Shown here: positions 7,687-7,826 of the stretch, piece by piece
How positions within the stretch are numbered: position 1 is the stretch's first letter
How the letters are laid out: the number at the start of each line of letters is the position of its first letter
Notes under the pieces: model-generated
What the model saw: only the letters and a program-made list of their open reading frames with translations
Told to the model about the DNA's origin: nothing
Databases searched by the model: none
Translations under genes and position numbers: made by a program
DNA from: Amoeboradix gromovi X-113
Lineage: Eukaryota; Fungi; Sanchytriomycota
Assembly (NCBI GenBank): GCA_018985225.1
Contig: JADGIF010000480.1
Span: 1 to 7,826 of the forward strand
Direction: 5' to 3'
DNA: 7,826 nucleotides

Positions 7687-7826
7687 GGGACACCAAGTAT
7701 AAAAACTAGACTAAGTCGTTTTTAAAGGTGCTCCATACGGAGGAAACCATTAATAAAAGATCTTCTATTATACCAATTTTCTTTCATTGATTGTATTCCT
7801 CTTTTCAAAATAAAACTAGAAGACCC
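7687..7826 (-). mobile_element. Second copy of the TIR element (right end, inverted; truncated by the window end)
   Basis: The reverse complement aligns to 1251-1395 with 16 mismatches over 140 nt plus one 5-nt gap (hand count). Similarity stops at the TIR terminus GTCCC, apart from one shared A. Confidence 0.92.

Noticed and set aside
1-7826. Alternative genetic code (TAA/TAG as Gln) to explain interrupted frames
   Set aside because: The long conserved genes have no internal TAA/TAG in their exons, and the nucleotidase and NPP end at TAA at plausible C-termini.

Overview
AT-rich, very compact eukaryotic DNA, most likely from an early-diverging fungus with respiring mitochondria (inference from MAT1/TFB3-, Atp19- and Cbp4-like genes). 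Five probable intact genes lie in 2.9-7.6 kb: MAT1/TFB3, an ATP synthase subunit k-like gene, a Cbp4-like gene, a secreted-type 5'-nucleotidase, and a membrane-anchored nucleotide pyrophosphatase/phosphodiesterase split by a 20-nt GT-AG intron. The rest is rich in transposon debris related to RNA-guided nucleases. (1) An IS607-TnpB/Fanzor2-like 3' remnant (1-340, minus) appears to carry a 19-nt GT-AG intron. (2) A decayed IS607-type TnpA serine recombinase lies at about 4411-4760. (3) A 474-bp element with 29-bp terminal inverted repeats (TIRs) and a 4-bp target-site duplication (TSD) at 922-1395 retains only a Fanzor1-like C-terminus plus a structured right end, and a second, inverted copy starts at 7687. 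The best candidate for a novel system is this family of Fanzor 'ghost' mini-elements (putative omegaRNA loci) in a genome with ultra-small introns. All family calls come from motif recognition by eye; no database searches were run.
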